Shown in pieces: positions 50,835 to 64,000 of a stretch of DNA of 64,000 nucleotides; the stretch's first letter is position 1, and the number at the start of each line of letters is the position of its first letter. Origin of the DNA: Chiloscyllium plagiosum (Eukaryota); NCBI RefSeq assembly GCF_004010195.1, contig NC_057719.1, forward strand, positions 31,587,468 through 31,651,467, in the 5' to 3' direction. A program made the position numbers and the translations under genes. The notes beneath the pieces were generated by a model. It searched no databases, was not told the origin of the DNA, and was given only the letters and a program-made list of their open reading frames with translations.

Positions 50835-51690
50835 TTTTTCACTGGAGCATGGGAGGTTGAGAGGTGACATTATAGAGGTTTATACGATCATGAGCGGTAC
50901 AGATGGGGTTAATGATCGGTGTCTATTCCCTAGGATGGGGGATTTCAAGACTAGGGGGCACATTTTTAAGGTGAAAGGAAAGAGATTTTAAAAAGACATT
51001 GAGATAATTTTGTTTTAAACAGAAGGTGGTTTGCCTGTGAAATGAACATCCTGAGGAAGGAATGGATGTGGGCATAACTGTCACGAAATGACAAAAGGAG
51101 GGAATGAGAAATTCTATAGCCTTAAAACTTGCTCTTAAACATTTAGACTGAAATGCAATATTGAATTATAGAACACATTTGCTGCACACTAGAAAAGACA
51201 GGCAGGGATTGTAAGGCAAGAACATTTGCCTTAACAGCACTGAGTCTGTTCTGTGTAGACATTCACAGCTATTCCCTTGTGAAACTAATAAGGGTGTTTG
51301 ATTCTGACCTTGAAACAAAACTTGGTATCAATTAACTTCTTCTCTCCCTTAATGTCCTTCACGGTCATCTGTCTAGTTAAGAACATGCAGTGTTTTTGTA
51401 AGCTTTTTATATAAAGAAGCCTGTTTGTGACAGGACAGCAAAGCAGCATGCTAAGGCTCTTGAAGAGCTGGTGCCCTACTCTCCTGGGTTATTAGAACCT
51501 AGTTAGTTTAGCTTATAGGTATCAGTGTTATGTTGTAACAGTGATGCTATTGGTAAATAAAGGGGATATCTATAATTAAGCTAAACTGTCTGTGAGGGGT
51601 TTATGGTCCAGGAACGGGCAGTTGGGACTGGTGTAGTTGACATGGACTGGTTGGACTGAAGCATCTGTTTCCATGCTATATGACTGACTT
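50835..51690 (+). mobile_element. CR1 3' end interrupted by an LTR-like insertion (~51079-51590)
   Basis: CR1 3' sequence on both sides; insert starts TGTCACG and has TATA-like (ttttatataaa) and AATAAA motifs. Confidence 0.55.
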
Positions 51691-54310
51691 ACTGCAGTAT
51701 TATGGTAGTCCATTTGCCCTCTATTTTTATTTCATTTGCAAACATACTCAAATAGTCTGACAGCATATTTGTATATTTATCACAGTTGGTTTGGCTAGGA
51801 TAATGATTTTGATTTCCAACTAGTTAAGACATTTCAGACAGAAAGTAGGATAACTGATTCATTGGACGTTTCATGATAGACATTAATGAATCAGCTAAAA
51901 TGTTCTCTTCCACAGTTGCACTGGGAATCACGGCACAGTCAAGCTGTCCATGCTTTATTAGCAATGCAGTTATGAAAGATTAGATTATAAACATTTTAAA
52001 GATCCTTGTTTAAAGAGAAAGTGAATTGAATATTTTAGTTCATACTGCAAACAATACACACATTGTAAATCGCTCCAGTCCTGAATGTATAAAACCACCA
52101 TTTCTGGATTTTGGAATTTGGTGGTAATAGAATGATGTTGCAATGCCTAACCACAAGAGGGAGAACATGAAACACCATCAGTTATAAGCATTGATCTGAA
52201 AGATAAAATACGCTAAAACACAAATTTGTAATAAAATATGTTTTACTAATCCAAAAGATGTATTCTGTCATGCTTCTAGCCCCAAACTATATTAAAGCAA
52301 TTGTGCAAGTTGTTTGTGGCTGCTCAAAAAAACTTCTGGACAACTGGTATTTCTGAACAATCAATTTCAAGACTGGAGAGCTGTGTATCTTACCATTCTA
52401 GACTGCAGCCTGATTATTTATTTTCCTAATTCAAATAAAACTATCTGTTGATTCAAAACTTGTAACAATTTAGGGAATGTTCATTTAGACTATTAGTTTG
52501 TTGGAAATGAATCCAGATGCATTTGGTGCATTCCAATGCTAAAGTATAATGTTGCATTTTATAATGTAATTCCCAGCTTATAGAAAGGCTACAAAGCACA
52601 GGCAGTAATTCAACCCAAGCAAGATTAAAATAGTCTTTCTGGAAACTGGGAACGAAAGCACTGAAAATGCTGTAACGAACAAGTCAAAGTATCTTTGCCT
52701 TTTTAGCTTTGTGAATTTCCAAGTTCGGATAAAAGGTCACACAGCTGAAACAACTTTCTCTCTCCACAGCAATTTCTGCAGCTCTGCTTTTATCTCTCAG
52801 AGGGTATTCCAGCTTGACTCATTTGTCCATTCTTTCCCCTTTAAATGATTATCTAATCCCCTGTTGAAATTACATGCATCTCTACCATCCTCTCAAGCAA
52901 TTAACTCCACATTATAGACAGATGCTGCAAACATTTTTCTCCTCATCACCTTTGGTTCTTTGTCTGATCACTTTGAAGATGTATTTCTAGAATTCAACTC
53001 TTGCATCAATGTCTAGACCTCTCACGATTTTGAATAACTATAAAAATCCCTTAATTGCTGAGGGAATATGAGCTGGTAGGAGTAAAATGAAGAGGATAAT
53101 ATCAAAAGGCAATAATCTTGGATTACTACTCAAAATTACTACGCAAAAGGCTAAATAAAGTGAGTGTTAAATAAGTGGTTTAAAGATTGGCATGAGAGAA
53201 ATAGGTTACAAATCATTGGGGTCTGGCCCCAGTACTGATTGGCACAATTTTACTGTCAAGTCATATAAATAAGGTGATAGAGTGAACATTAAACTAAATA
53301 GTGTGGGCAAAAGATCATATTTAGGATGATGTAGTACGTTGAACAGATAAGGCAAGGCAAACGTGAAGTGTAGCAGTAAGGGAAATGATGATTAGAGCAC
53401 GGCAGGAAGGAATAAAGAATGAAAACCCAAGAGTGAATCAGCAGATAAAGCTTGAGTTTACAAAAACATTTAGTAGACAGAACTAAAGTTTCCATATCTG
53501 AAGGCATATGTCATTAATAGGTGATATAGTAGCACACTATTGGTGAAGTACACAAGAAAAAATAACAGGGTATATAAAAAAGGAATTGTGGATATCGGAA
53601 ATTTGAAACAAAAACAGAAATTGCTGAAGCAGGTCTGGCTAGATCTGGAGCGAGCGAGACAGAGCGAGCGAGAGAGATAACATTTTGAGCCTATTGGTCA
53701 ATCTTCAGAATGAATGAAAGCTTGTGAATGGATATGGAGATACAAATGGGTGATTTTGATCTGCATATGGATCAGACAAATCATATTTACAAGACTTGTC
53801 TCTTAACGTGTTTTTAAAGAGTACTTTCACATCAATTTCTTATCTTCGAGAGCAGACATTACCACACCTGGTAATATGCAATGAGACAGGATTACAGCAA
53901 TTAATGACAGTGAAAGTGCACCTTGACAGCAGTGATTGTAATATGATCAAATATTTATGTTCAGCTTGAGGGACAGAAGAGTGAATCTAAGAAGTATTTT
54001 GAATCAGGACAATTATGAAGCATGTAGACACAAAGTGAAGTGGGAAACTAGAATACAGGGTAGATCATAAGAGATTCCAGAGCATAACATTTAAGGTGAT
54101 GAGAGTGAATATTCAGAAAAGGTACAGTTCACTTTTGGTTCTTTGTCTAAACACTTTGAATATGTATTTCTAGAGCTTGAGAAAAAATAAACTTCAAGGG
54201 ATGGATGCATCATCCACAACCATCTAAGGAAGTTAAAGAGTTTGCATTTAAAGAAAAAGGCCATAATGATGAGTGAAAGTCAGAAAACTGGACTCAAACC
54301 AAAAAGAATG

Positions 54311-54576
54311 TCCCGGGTTCAATTCCCGCCTCAGGCGACTGACTGTGTGGAGTTTGCATGTTCTCCCCGTGTCTGCGTGGGTTTCCTCCAGGTGCTCCGG
54401 TTTCCTCCCACAATCCAAAAGATGTGCAGGTCAGGTGAATTGGCCATGCTAAATTGCCCGTAGTGTTAGGTAAGGGGTAAATGTAGGGGTATGGGTGGGT
54501 TGCGCTTCGGCAGGGCGGTGTGGACTTGTTGGGCCGAAGGGCCTGTTTCCACACTGTAAGTAATCTAATCTAATCT
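54311..54576 (+). mobile_element. 5'-truncated HE1-type V-SINE with target-site duplication
   Basis: Starts at the B-box; flanked by aaaaagaatgtc / aaaaaaatgtc. Confidence 0.9.
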
Positions 54577-54659
54577 AAAAAAATGTCAAAGATGACTAAA
54601 AAATGAAAGCTAAAACGAAATATAAAAAACAGATAGTAAGTGTTCTCACTGAACAATAA

Positions 54660-55500
54660 GTTTGCAAATGGAGCACTATGTGGGAAAATGTGAAGTTGTT
54701 CATTTTGTAAGGCATAATAACAGAAGAGGATTATTTAAATGGAGAAAAAAGCCAGCTGAAAGCAGTTATAGGCAGAAGCCGAATAGCCTGGGGCTCTTTT
54801 ATCTTGGAGCATCAGAGGCTGAATGGTTACCTTATGGGAGATTTACAAAATCATGAGGGGCAAGGAAAGAGTGAATAACCAAGGTCTTTTTCCCAGGGTA
54901 GGGTAGCCCAAAACTAGAAAACATAGGTTTAAGGTGAGATGGGAAAGATTTAAAAAGGTACCTGAGTCGTAACCTTTTGGTGGGTATATGGAATGAGTGG
55001 CCAGAGGGAGTGGTGGAGGCAACATTTAAAAGGCATCTATATGAATAGGAAGGGTTGAGGGATATGAGCCAAATGCTGGCAAATGGAACAGTTTGGAATA
55101 TCTGGCCAGCATGGATGAGCTGGACCCCATTTCCATGCTGTACTAGGACTCTAATTATATAGTATTGTCAATAGGTTTGATAAATGCTGAGAGGATGTTT
55201 CCCCTGATGAGAAGGTATAGGTCCTGATGAGAAGGTATAGGTCCAGATGACATAGTCTCAGAGAATTTAAGACTGAGATAAGGAAAAATCTTTTCCTCCC
55301 TGAATGTTTTTGGAATACCTTGCAGAGCCCTTCTGTATATTTCCCTAAATGCAGTAGAGGCAGGGTCATTGAACACTGGAAGGCAGAGGAGGTACATTTC
55401 TGACTATCTTTAACAAAGGAGTAAAATGCTTTTCAAGGTTAGGCTGAAATGTATAGTTGAGGCCACAGTAAGAACATCATGTTCTTGATACTCCTGACTT
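54660..55500 (+). mobile_element. CR1 3' fragments
   Basis: CR1 3' ORF2/UTR motifs (tttacaaaatcatgagggg, cataggtttaaggtgag). Confidence 0.75.
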
Positions 55501-55544
55501 ATTCCCATAACTTTTAAGGACCCTTGACTGCAGGTCCTACCCCA

Positions 55545-56160
55545 GTTTGCTTTATCAACATGCAACACCTTGTGTTTATCTAACTAAACTCCATCTGCCA
55601 GTTGATCAAGATCTCACTGCATTCCCAGATAACCTGCCCACTATTGCACGAATCTTAGTGTCATCTGCAACCTTACTAACCATAGCTTCTAAATTCTCAT
55701 CCAAATCATTTTTATGAATCACAAATAACAGTGGATCCAGCACCTATCCCCATGGCTCACTGCTGGTCACAGGCCTCCAGTCTCAAAAAACAATCCTCTA
55801 CCACCAACCTCTGTCTAAAGGTCAAGCCAATTTTGTATCCAATTAGCTAGCTCTCCTGGACCCTGTGAGGTTTAACCTTACTCCACAGCCTACATGCAGT
55901 ATCTCAAAGGTCTTGCTAAAGTCCATGTAAACAGCATCTACTGCTCTGCCCTCATCTACTTTCTTGGTCACACTCTCAAAAAAACTCAACCAAATTCATG
56001 AAATGTTATTGCCCATACACAAAGCCATGCTGACTATCCCATATGAGTTTTTGCCTCTCCAAATACCTGTAGATCTTATTTGTCAGAATCCCCTCTAACA
56101 ATTTACCCATCATAGATGTTAGGCTCACTGATGTATAGTTCCCAGGCATTTCCCTGCAGC
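55545..56160 (-). mobile_element. CR1 RT fragment (minus strand)
   Basis: Reverse complement contains VYMDFSK and tgcagatgacactaag (ADDTK). Confidence 0.8.
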
Positions 56161-56176
56161 CTCTCAAAAATGGCAT

Positions 56177-57305
56177 AGTGGCTAATGTTGTTTACATGGA
56201 CTTTAGCAAAGCCTTTAATGAGGTACTGCACAGTAGGTTGTTGAGTAAGGTTAAATCCCACAGGATCCAAGGACAGCTAGCTAACTGGATACATAATTGG
56301 CTTGATGGCAGAAGACAGTTTTTTTTAGACTGGAGGCCTGCGACCAGCAGTGAGCGACAGGGATAGGTGCTGAGTCCACTGTTGTTCGTGATTTATAAAG
56401 ATGATTTGGATGAGAATTTAGGAGGTATGCTTAATAAGTTTGCAAATAACACTAAGATTGGTGGTATGGTGGACAGTGAAGAAGGTTGTCTGGGAATCCA
56501 GCGAGATCTTGATCAACTGGGCCAGTGGGCTGAGGAATGATAGATGGAGTTTAATTTAGATAAATGCAAGGTGCTGCATTTTGATAAAGCAAACCATGGT
56601 AGGACCTACGGTCAATGGTCAGGCCCTGGGGAGTGAACTAGAACAAAGAGATTTAGGGGTACAGGTTCATAGCTCCTTGAAAGTGGACTCACAGATAAAC
56701 AGGGCATTGAAGACAACTTGGCATGCTAGCTTTCATTGGTCAGAACATTGAGTATAGGAGACGAGATATCTTTTTGCAGCTGTACAAGACATTTGGAGTA
56801 ATCCATGCAGTTCTAGTCGCCTTGCTATAGAAAGGATATTATTAAACAAGAAACAGCACAGAAAAGATTTACTAGGACACTACCTGAACTGGAAGGTTTG
56901 TGTTACAAGGGGAGGTTGGATAGGCTGAGACTCTTTTCCCTGGACCACAGGAAGCTGAGGAGTGATCTTATTGAGGTTTATAAAATCATGAGAGGCATAG
57001 ATAACACTGATGGGGACAGGCTCTTCCCCATGGTAGGGGAACTAGAGGACATAGGTTTAAGAGGGGAAGAGACACAAATGGGTCCAGAGATGCAATTCTT
57101 TCACACATATGGTGGTGAGTGTCTGGAACAGAGGTACTGGTGGAAGTTTAAGAAACATTTAGACAGGTGACATGGATAGGATAGGTATGGAGGGACATGG
57201 ATCAAGTGCAGGCAAATGGGATTAGTTAAAATTGTGGAAACTGGGTGGCATGGGCAGGCTGGGCCAAAGAGCCTGTTTTCATGTTGCAGACCTCTATGAC
57301 TCTAT
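56177..57305 (+). mobile_element. CR1 LINE 3' portion
   Basis: ORFs 56178-56366 and 56898-57170; ctctatgactcta tail. Confidence 0.88.
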
Positions 57306-57729
57306 TAGAAACATGTCCAGCTCTGCGCTATACAACATTCCAGATTCATTAGCCAGACAAAAGAAATACAATTTTCACGTGTCTTAAATGGATGACTCCT
57401 TATTCAGATTAAACCCTCTGGTCACAGACTCTTTTAGAGAGGAAATAACCTCTGCACATCTACCACATTAAGTCCCCTAAGAATCTTAAATGTTTCAATA
57501 AGACCCCCTCTAATTCTTCTAAACTTTAATGAGTATAAGCTCAACCTACTGAATCTTCCTCCATACTCAATCAACCAGGTGAACCTTCTGTGGACTACTT
57601 ACATTGCTGGGATAGCTTTCCTTAGATAACAGGACCAAAACTGTTTATGGCATGAGTCAGTCCACAGCCAAAATGCCATGTAGTGTTTTAGTAATACTTA
57701 GGACTATGAGACAAAGACGCAAACATAGG

Positions 57730-58215
57730 CCAGGTGAAAGTGGGTACTGCAGATGCTGGAGATTAGAGTTAAGATTAGAATGGTTCTGGAAAAGCAGAGC
57801 AGGTCAGGCAGCATCCGAGGAGCAGGAAAATTGACGTTTTGGGCAAAAGCCCTTCATCAGGAATGAGGAAGGTTGGAATGGAGTAAGGTGGGGTGGGGTG
57901 GGAGATGAGGAAACTGGTGAAGTCCATATTGATCCCATGGGGTTGAAGGGTCCTGAGGCGGAAAATGAGGCATTCTTTCTCCAAGCGTCGGATGCTAAGG
58001 ATAGTGGCGATGGAGGCGATCCAGGACCTGGATGTCCTCAGCAGAGTGGGAGTTGAAATTTTTGGCCACAGGGCGATTGGGTTGATTGGTACGCATGTCC
58101 CGGAGATGTTCTCTGAAGCGCTCTGCGAGTAGGTGTCCAGTCTCCCCAGTGTAAACGAGACCGCATCGGGAGCAACGGATACAATAAATGATACGTGTGG
58201 AAGTGCAAATATAGG
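57730..58215 (-). mobile_element. Penelope 3' fragment (GIY-YIG endonuclease + terminal repeat with hammerhead motif)
   Basis: ORF 57995-58219 IIYCIRCSRCGLVYTGETGHLLAERFREH; ORF 57775-57984 LIFRLRTLQPHGIN; CTGATGA-A-GGGC-TTTT-GCCC-AAAA-CGTC at 57833-57860. Confidence 0.9.
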
Positions 58216-59149
58216 ACATTCAGGTCATCAAATCTGCTACACCATTCAATTCAATCATAGCAGTGACAAACCTCAGCTCAACTCAGCTGTATATTCTCCA
58301 TAACCCTTAAATGCCTGACTGATTAAAAATGTCCATCTCAGCCTTCAATATAACCCAACATCAACAGGCTTCTGTGGTAAAGAATTCCACAGATTTATAA
58401 CCCTCAAGAAATTCCTTCCCATCTACATCTTAAATGTAAAACCCTTTATTCTCAGATTGTGTCCTCTGGTCCTAGACTGTCCCGCAAAGAGAAACAAACC
58501 TTTCCATATCTCCCTATCAAGTCCTTGAAGAATCTTGTACATTTCCAGAAGGTCACATTTTTAATAAAGGCAAACAATCCATTTGCTTTCTCTTTAACCC
58601 AATGCACTTGAGATTAGCTTTTTGGGATTCATGCACGAGAACACCAAATTCCTCCACTGCAGCTTTTTGTGGTAGTTCCCAAATTAAATATTACTCAACT
58701 CCTCCATTCACACTGTCACGATGCATCACTTCACATTTTTCCATGTCATATTCCATGTCAAGTTTCTGTCCGCTCACTCAACTTGTCTAATTCACTCTGT
58801 AACTGTTACCCTCCTCTTTGTGTCAACTTCAAACTTGGCAGTAATTAATTAATATCATCCAAACATATAGTAAATAACTCTGGACCCAGTACTTATCCCT
58901 GCAGTCCTCCAATAGCCTCCTGTATCCCAACAGGAGTTCATTAAAGAAAACATAACACCTACCCCTGCTTTTAATTCAATTGGCTCCTTTCTGAACTATT
59001 AACATGCTTCTGAGAGTGTAATTCAACATGATACCCCGGCTGTGGTGAAATTAACGCTTTCTTTTATTATCCTATGACCGTACGAGCTACACGTCAACAA
59101 AATATTGTTCAAGGATCCATGCTGAGGCACAGTTAATGCCAGTCTTTCA

Positions 59150-60480
59150 TTAAGTAGATAAACAGGGGGCTGAATGAACACAGCAAGCCAGGCAGCATCA
59201 GGAGGTGGAGAAGTCAACAGTTGGATATAACCCTTCTTCGGGAATGGAAGCGGCGATAAGGGGAGCTGCAGATAAAGAGGGGGTAGAGATGGGAAGGGTA
59301 ATGGTCGGGTGAGGAGTGAAATGGTGAGGTAGTAATAGGAATATGGGTGGTGGGTACAACAGGTTGATTGATGGGAGGGTATCTGGTTGGTATGTAGAAG
59401 GAAGGGCCGGTAGGAGGAATAGAAGGCATGAAGCAGGGCTGAAAAAGGAGTTAGGGGATGGGAAGGACGATTATTTGAAATTGGAGAATTCAACATTAAG
59501 TCCTCCAGGCTGTAAGCTGCCCAGGCATAAGATAAGGTGTTGCTCCTCCAATTTGCAGTCTGATTCGCTGTGGCATGGGAGGAAGCCGTAGTTGGACATG
59601 TCAGAGAGGGAGTGGGAAGGTGAATTGAATGGGCGGTGACCAGGTGGTCAGGCTGGCCCTTACAGTCCCAGCTGAGATGCTTGGCAAAACATTCCCTTAG
59701 TTTATGTTTAGTTTCACCTTTTTAGAGAGGACCATATCGGGAACTCTCCAAAACCACACCCTACCTCCTACTTGATCACAACCCCACCACGATCCATCAA
59801 GCCACTGTCACCCACATTGTTCGTGTCCTCATTGCCTCTAGTGATCTCCTCTCCACTGCCTCAAACTTCAATCCCACAGGTGCGCACTGCCCGTTTCTAC
59901 TTACTCTCCAAGCCCAACTACCCAGCCAACCCATGGCCTTTGCATGGTCCTGCCCCACCGAACTCATTTCTTCCTACCTCGACTCCATTCTCTCCCCCTT
60001 GGTCTAGGCACTTCCACCTACATTTGGGAAACCAACCAAATTCTCCAACTTTTCAGAAACTTCCAGTTCCCCAGTCCCAAGCACTTCATCTTCACTATGG
60101 ACGTGCAGTCCTTACACACATTCATTCCCCACAATGATGGCCTGTTGACCCTCAGTTTCTTGCTGTCCAACAGACCCATCCAGTCCCCTTCCACCAATAC
60201 CCTCCTCTGCCTCACCAAATTAGTCCTCACCATCAATAATTTTTCCTTCATTTCTTCCCATTTCCTCCAAATCCAGGGGCACTCGCACAGGTCCCAGCTA
60301 CACCTGCCTCTTTGTTGGCTACGTCAAAGTCAGTCTTCAATACATACAGAGATACCGTTCCCTAATTCTTCCCTTATTACATGGATGACTGCATTGGTGC
60401 TGCATCCTGCATCCAGGCTGAACTGAAGCAGTTCATCGAATTTGCCAACAACTTCCACCCGACCCTTAACTTCACTTGGT
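59150..60480. mobile_element. Penelope element: minus-strand 3' end (59150-59745) abutting a plus-strand RT segment (59745-60480)
   Basis: ORF 59944-60426 FTMDVQSLHTFIPH...LVLTINNFSF; YMDDCIG at ~60378; terminal repeat at 59150-59245. Confidence 0.8.
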
Positions 60481-60484
60481 CAAG

Positions 60485-62180
60485 ATAAGAATGAGACTGA
60501 CAGGGTAGTTGTTATGGGGAACTTCAACTTTCCAAATATTGACTGGGAACACTATAGTTCAAGTACTTTAGGTGGGTCAGTTTTTGTCCAATGTGTGCAG
60601 GAGGGTTTCCTAACACTATGTAGACAAGGGACGAGGCCACATTAGATGTGGTACTGGGTAATAAACCCAGCCGGGTGTTCGATTTGGAGGTAGGTGAGCA
60701 CTTTGTTGATAGCAACCACAATTCGGTTATGTTTACTTCAGTGATGGAAGGAGATAGGTATATACCGCAGGGCAAGATTTCTAGCTGGGGGAAAGGCAAT
60801 TACAATGCAATTAGGAAAGATTCAGGATGCATAGGATGGGGAAGTAAACTGCAAGGGATGGGCACAACTGAAATGTGGAGCTCATTCATGGAACAGCTAC
60901 TGTGGATCTTTGATAAGTATGTACCTATCAGGCAGGGAGGGAGTTGTAAGGAAAACCCTAAAGCTTTCTATAGCTATATCAGGAATAAAAGAATGACTAG
61001 AGTAAGATTAGGGCCAATCAAGGATAGTAGTGGGAAGTTGTGCGTGGAGTCAGAAGAGATAGGGTAAGCATGAAACTAATACTTTTCATCAGTATTCACA
61101 CTAGAAAAAGACAATGTCGTTCAGGAAAATACTGAGATACAGGCTACTAGACTAGATGGGAGTGAGGTTCACAAGGAGAGGGTGTTAGCAATTCTGGAAA
61201 GTGTAAAAATAGATGAGGCCCCGGGCCAGACGGGATTTATCCTAGGATTCTCTGGGAAACAAGGGAGGAGATTGCTGAGCCTTTGGCTATGATCTTTATG
61301 TCGTCGTTGTCTAGAGGAATAGTACAAAAAGACTGAAGGATAGCAAATGTTGTCCCCTTGTTCAAGAAGGGGAGACAACCATGGTAATTATAGACCAGTG
61401 AGCCTTACTTCTGTTGGAATAGTGTTGGAAAGGGTTATAAGAGATAGGATTTATAATCATCTAGAAAGGAACAATTTGATTAGGGATAGTCAACACAGTT
61501 TTGTAAAGGATAGGTCGTGCCTCATAAACCTTACTGTGTTTTTTGAGAAGGTGACTAAACAGGTAGATGAGGGTAAAATGGTTCATGTGGTATATATGGA
61601 TTTCAGTAAGGCGTTTGATAAGGTTCCCCACAGTAGGCTATTGCACAAAATACAGAGGCATGAGATTGAGGGTGATTTAGTGGTTTGGATCAGAAATTGG
61701 CGAGATGAAAGAAGACAGAGTGGTGGTTGAAGGGAAATGTTCATCCTGGAGTTCAGTTACTAGTGGCATATTGCAAGGATCTGTTTTGGGTCCACTGATT
61801 GTCATTTTTATATATGACCTTGATGAGGGCATAAAAGGATGGGTTAGTAAACTTGCGGATGACACTAAGGTCGGTGTAGAGTTGTGGATAGTGACAAAGG
61901 ATGTTGCTGGTTACAGAGGGACATAGATAAAACAGTAACAGGAATAAAATGAGTACTGGGCGAATGGTAAGATACTTGGTAGTGTAGATGAGCAGAGAGA
62001 TCTGTGTCCATGTACATAGATCCTTGGAAGTTGCCACCTAGGTTTATAGGGTTGTTCAGAAGGCATACAGTGTGTTAGCTTGTATTGTTAGAGGGATGGT
62101 GAGCTTCGGAACCATGAGGTCATGCTGCAGCTGTATAAAACTCTGGTGTGGCTGTGCTTGGAATGTTGCCTATAGTTCCA
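60485..62180 (+). mobile_element. CR1 LINE ORF2 (endonuclease to RT) with deletions
   Basis: VVMGNFNFPNIDW (APE); ORF 61347-61730 GNYRPVSLTS...YMDFSKAFDKVPH; KLADDTK. Confidence 0.9.
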
Positions 62181-62184
62181 GGCA

Positions 62185-64000
62185 ATAGACAATAGGTGCA
62201 GGAGTAGGCCATTTGGCCCTTCAAGCCAGCACCATCATTCATTATGATCATGGCTGATCATCAACAATCAGTATCCTGTTCCTGCCTTATTCCCATAACC
62301 CTTGGTTCCACTATCTTTAAGAGCTCTATCCATCTCTTTCTTGAAAGTACCCAGAGACTTGGCCTCCACTGGCAGAGCATTCCATATATCCACCACTGTC
62401 TGGGTGAAGACGTTTCTCCGCAACTCTGTTCTAAATGGCCTACCCTTTATTTCTAAAATGTGTCCTCTGGTTTTGGAGTCACCCATCAGCAGAAACATGC
62501 TTCCTGCCTCCAGAGTGTCCAATCCTTTAATAACCTTATACGTCTCAATCAGATCCCCTCTCAACATTCTAAACTCAACGGTATACAAGCCCAGTCGTTC
62601 CAATCTTTCAACATATGATAGTCTCACCATTCCAGGAATTGATCTCGTGAACCCACGCTGCACTCCCTCAATAGCCAGAATATCCTTCCTCAAATTTGGA
62701 GACCAAAACTGCACACAATACTCCAGGTGCAGTCTCACCAGGGTCTTGTACAGCTGCAGAAGGACCTCTTTGCTCCTTTACTCAATTCCTCGTGTTATGA
62801 AGGCCAGCATGCCATTACCTTTCTTCATTGCCTGCTGTACCTGCATGCTTGCTTTCATTGACTGAAATACAAGGACACCTAGATGTCGTTGTACTGCCCC
62901 TTTACTTAGCTTGACTCCTCTTAGATAGTAATCTGCCTTCCTGTTCGTGCCACCAAAGTGGATAACCACACATTTATCCACATTAAAGTGCAGCTGCCAT
63001 GCATCCATCCACTCACCTAGCCTGTCCAAATCACCCTATATTCTCATAACATCCTTCTCACATTTCACCCTGCCATCCAACTTTGTGCCATCAGCAAATT
63101 TGCTAATGTTACTTTTAATGCCTTCACCTATATCATTAATGCAGATTGTAAACAGCTGTGGTCCCAGCAGCAAACCTTGTAGTACCCCACTGGTCACTGC
63201 TGGCCATTCCGTTTATCACTACTCCTTGCTTCCTGTCAGTCAATTTTCAATCCAAGTCAGTATTTTGTCCCCAATACCATGTGCCCTAATTTTGCTTACT
63301 AATCTCCTATGTGGGACTTTATCAAAGGCTTTCTGAAAGTCCAGGTACACTACATCCACTGGCTCTCGCTTGTCTATCTTCATAGTTACATCCTCAAAAA
63401 ATTCCAGATTAGTCAAGCATGATTTCCCCTTCATAAATCCATGCTGACTCTGACCTATCCTGTTACTGCTATCCAAATGAGTCATAAGTTCATCTTTTAT
63501 AATTGACTCTAGCATCTTTACCACCACTGACGTCAGGCTAACCGGTCTTAATTCCCTGTTTTCTCTCTCCCTCCCTTCTTGGAAAGTGGGACAACATTAG
63601 CTACCCTCCAATCCGCAGGAACTGATCCTGAATCGATAGAACATTGGAAAATGATTACCAATGCGTCCACGATTTCTCGAGCCACCTCCTTAAATACCCT
63701 GGGATGCAGACAATCAGGTGCTGGGGACTTATCAGCCTTCAGACCTAACAGTCTATCCAACACCATTTCCTGCCTAATATAAATTCCCTTCAGTTATTCC
63801 ATTACCATAGGTCCGTCAGCTACTATTCCATCTGGGAGATTGCTTGTGTCTTCCCCAATGAAGACAGATCCAAAGTACCTATTCAACTCTTCTGCCATTT
63901 CCTTGCTCCCCATAATAAATTCACCCATTTCTGTCTTCAAGGGCCCAAATTTAGTCTTAACCATTTTTTTCTTTTCACATCCTCAAAAAGCTTTTACTAT
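62185..64000 (-). mobile_element. CR1 LINE (different subfamily), 3' ~1.8 kb, continuing beyond the window
   Basis: ORFs 62268-62738, 62778-63029, 63240-63527 (YLDFQKAFDKVPH) and 63548-63766. Confidence 0.93.

Noticed and set aside
55203..55250. CTGATGA repeated in a 20-bp tandem duplication
   Set aside because: Local duplication inside a CR1 3' region; no stem II or GAAA, so not a hammerhead; too few units and no spacers for a CRISPR array
40612..64000. MIS18BP1 non-coding first exon/promoter (donor-like sites at ~42265 and ~52394)
   Set aside because: No CpG island or other support; cannot be placed from sequence alone and may lie beyond the window

Overview
Repeat-rich eukaryotic genomic DNA, very likely from a cartilaginous fish. 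This is inferred from HE1-type V-SINEs with (TAATC)n tails, abundant CR1/HER1-type LINEs and Penelope elements. Two spliced protein-coding genes lie on the minus strand. MIS18BP1 (KNL2) has its ATG at 40607 and its stop at 12015. Nine complete, phase-consistent coding exons are readable, plus one exon that runs into a 500-N gap; the gap must hide the SANT-containing middle of the gene. About 6 kb downstream are the first three coding exons of TPP1 (tripeptidyl-peptidase 1, ATG at 5703), which continues off the left edge. The rest is CR1, L2/CR1-clade, RTE and Penelope retroelements, several SINE families, an LTR with a tRNA-Pro primer-binding site and a probable Harbinger relic. Two patterns stand out. 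(1) About ten minimal hammerhead-ribozyme motifs from at least four Penelope-linked families, many inside short near-perfect palindromic mini-elements; one carries a ribozyme on each strand. (2) A LINE whose 5' end is a tRNA-like SINE head, with a series of internal-deletion derivatives ending in the short SINE. Gene names come from recalled similarity to the human proteins, not from a database search. Repeat boundaries are approximate.
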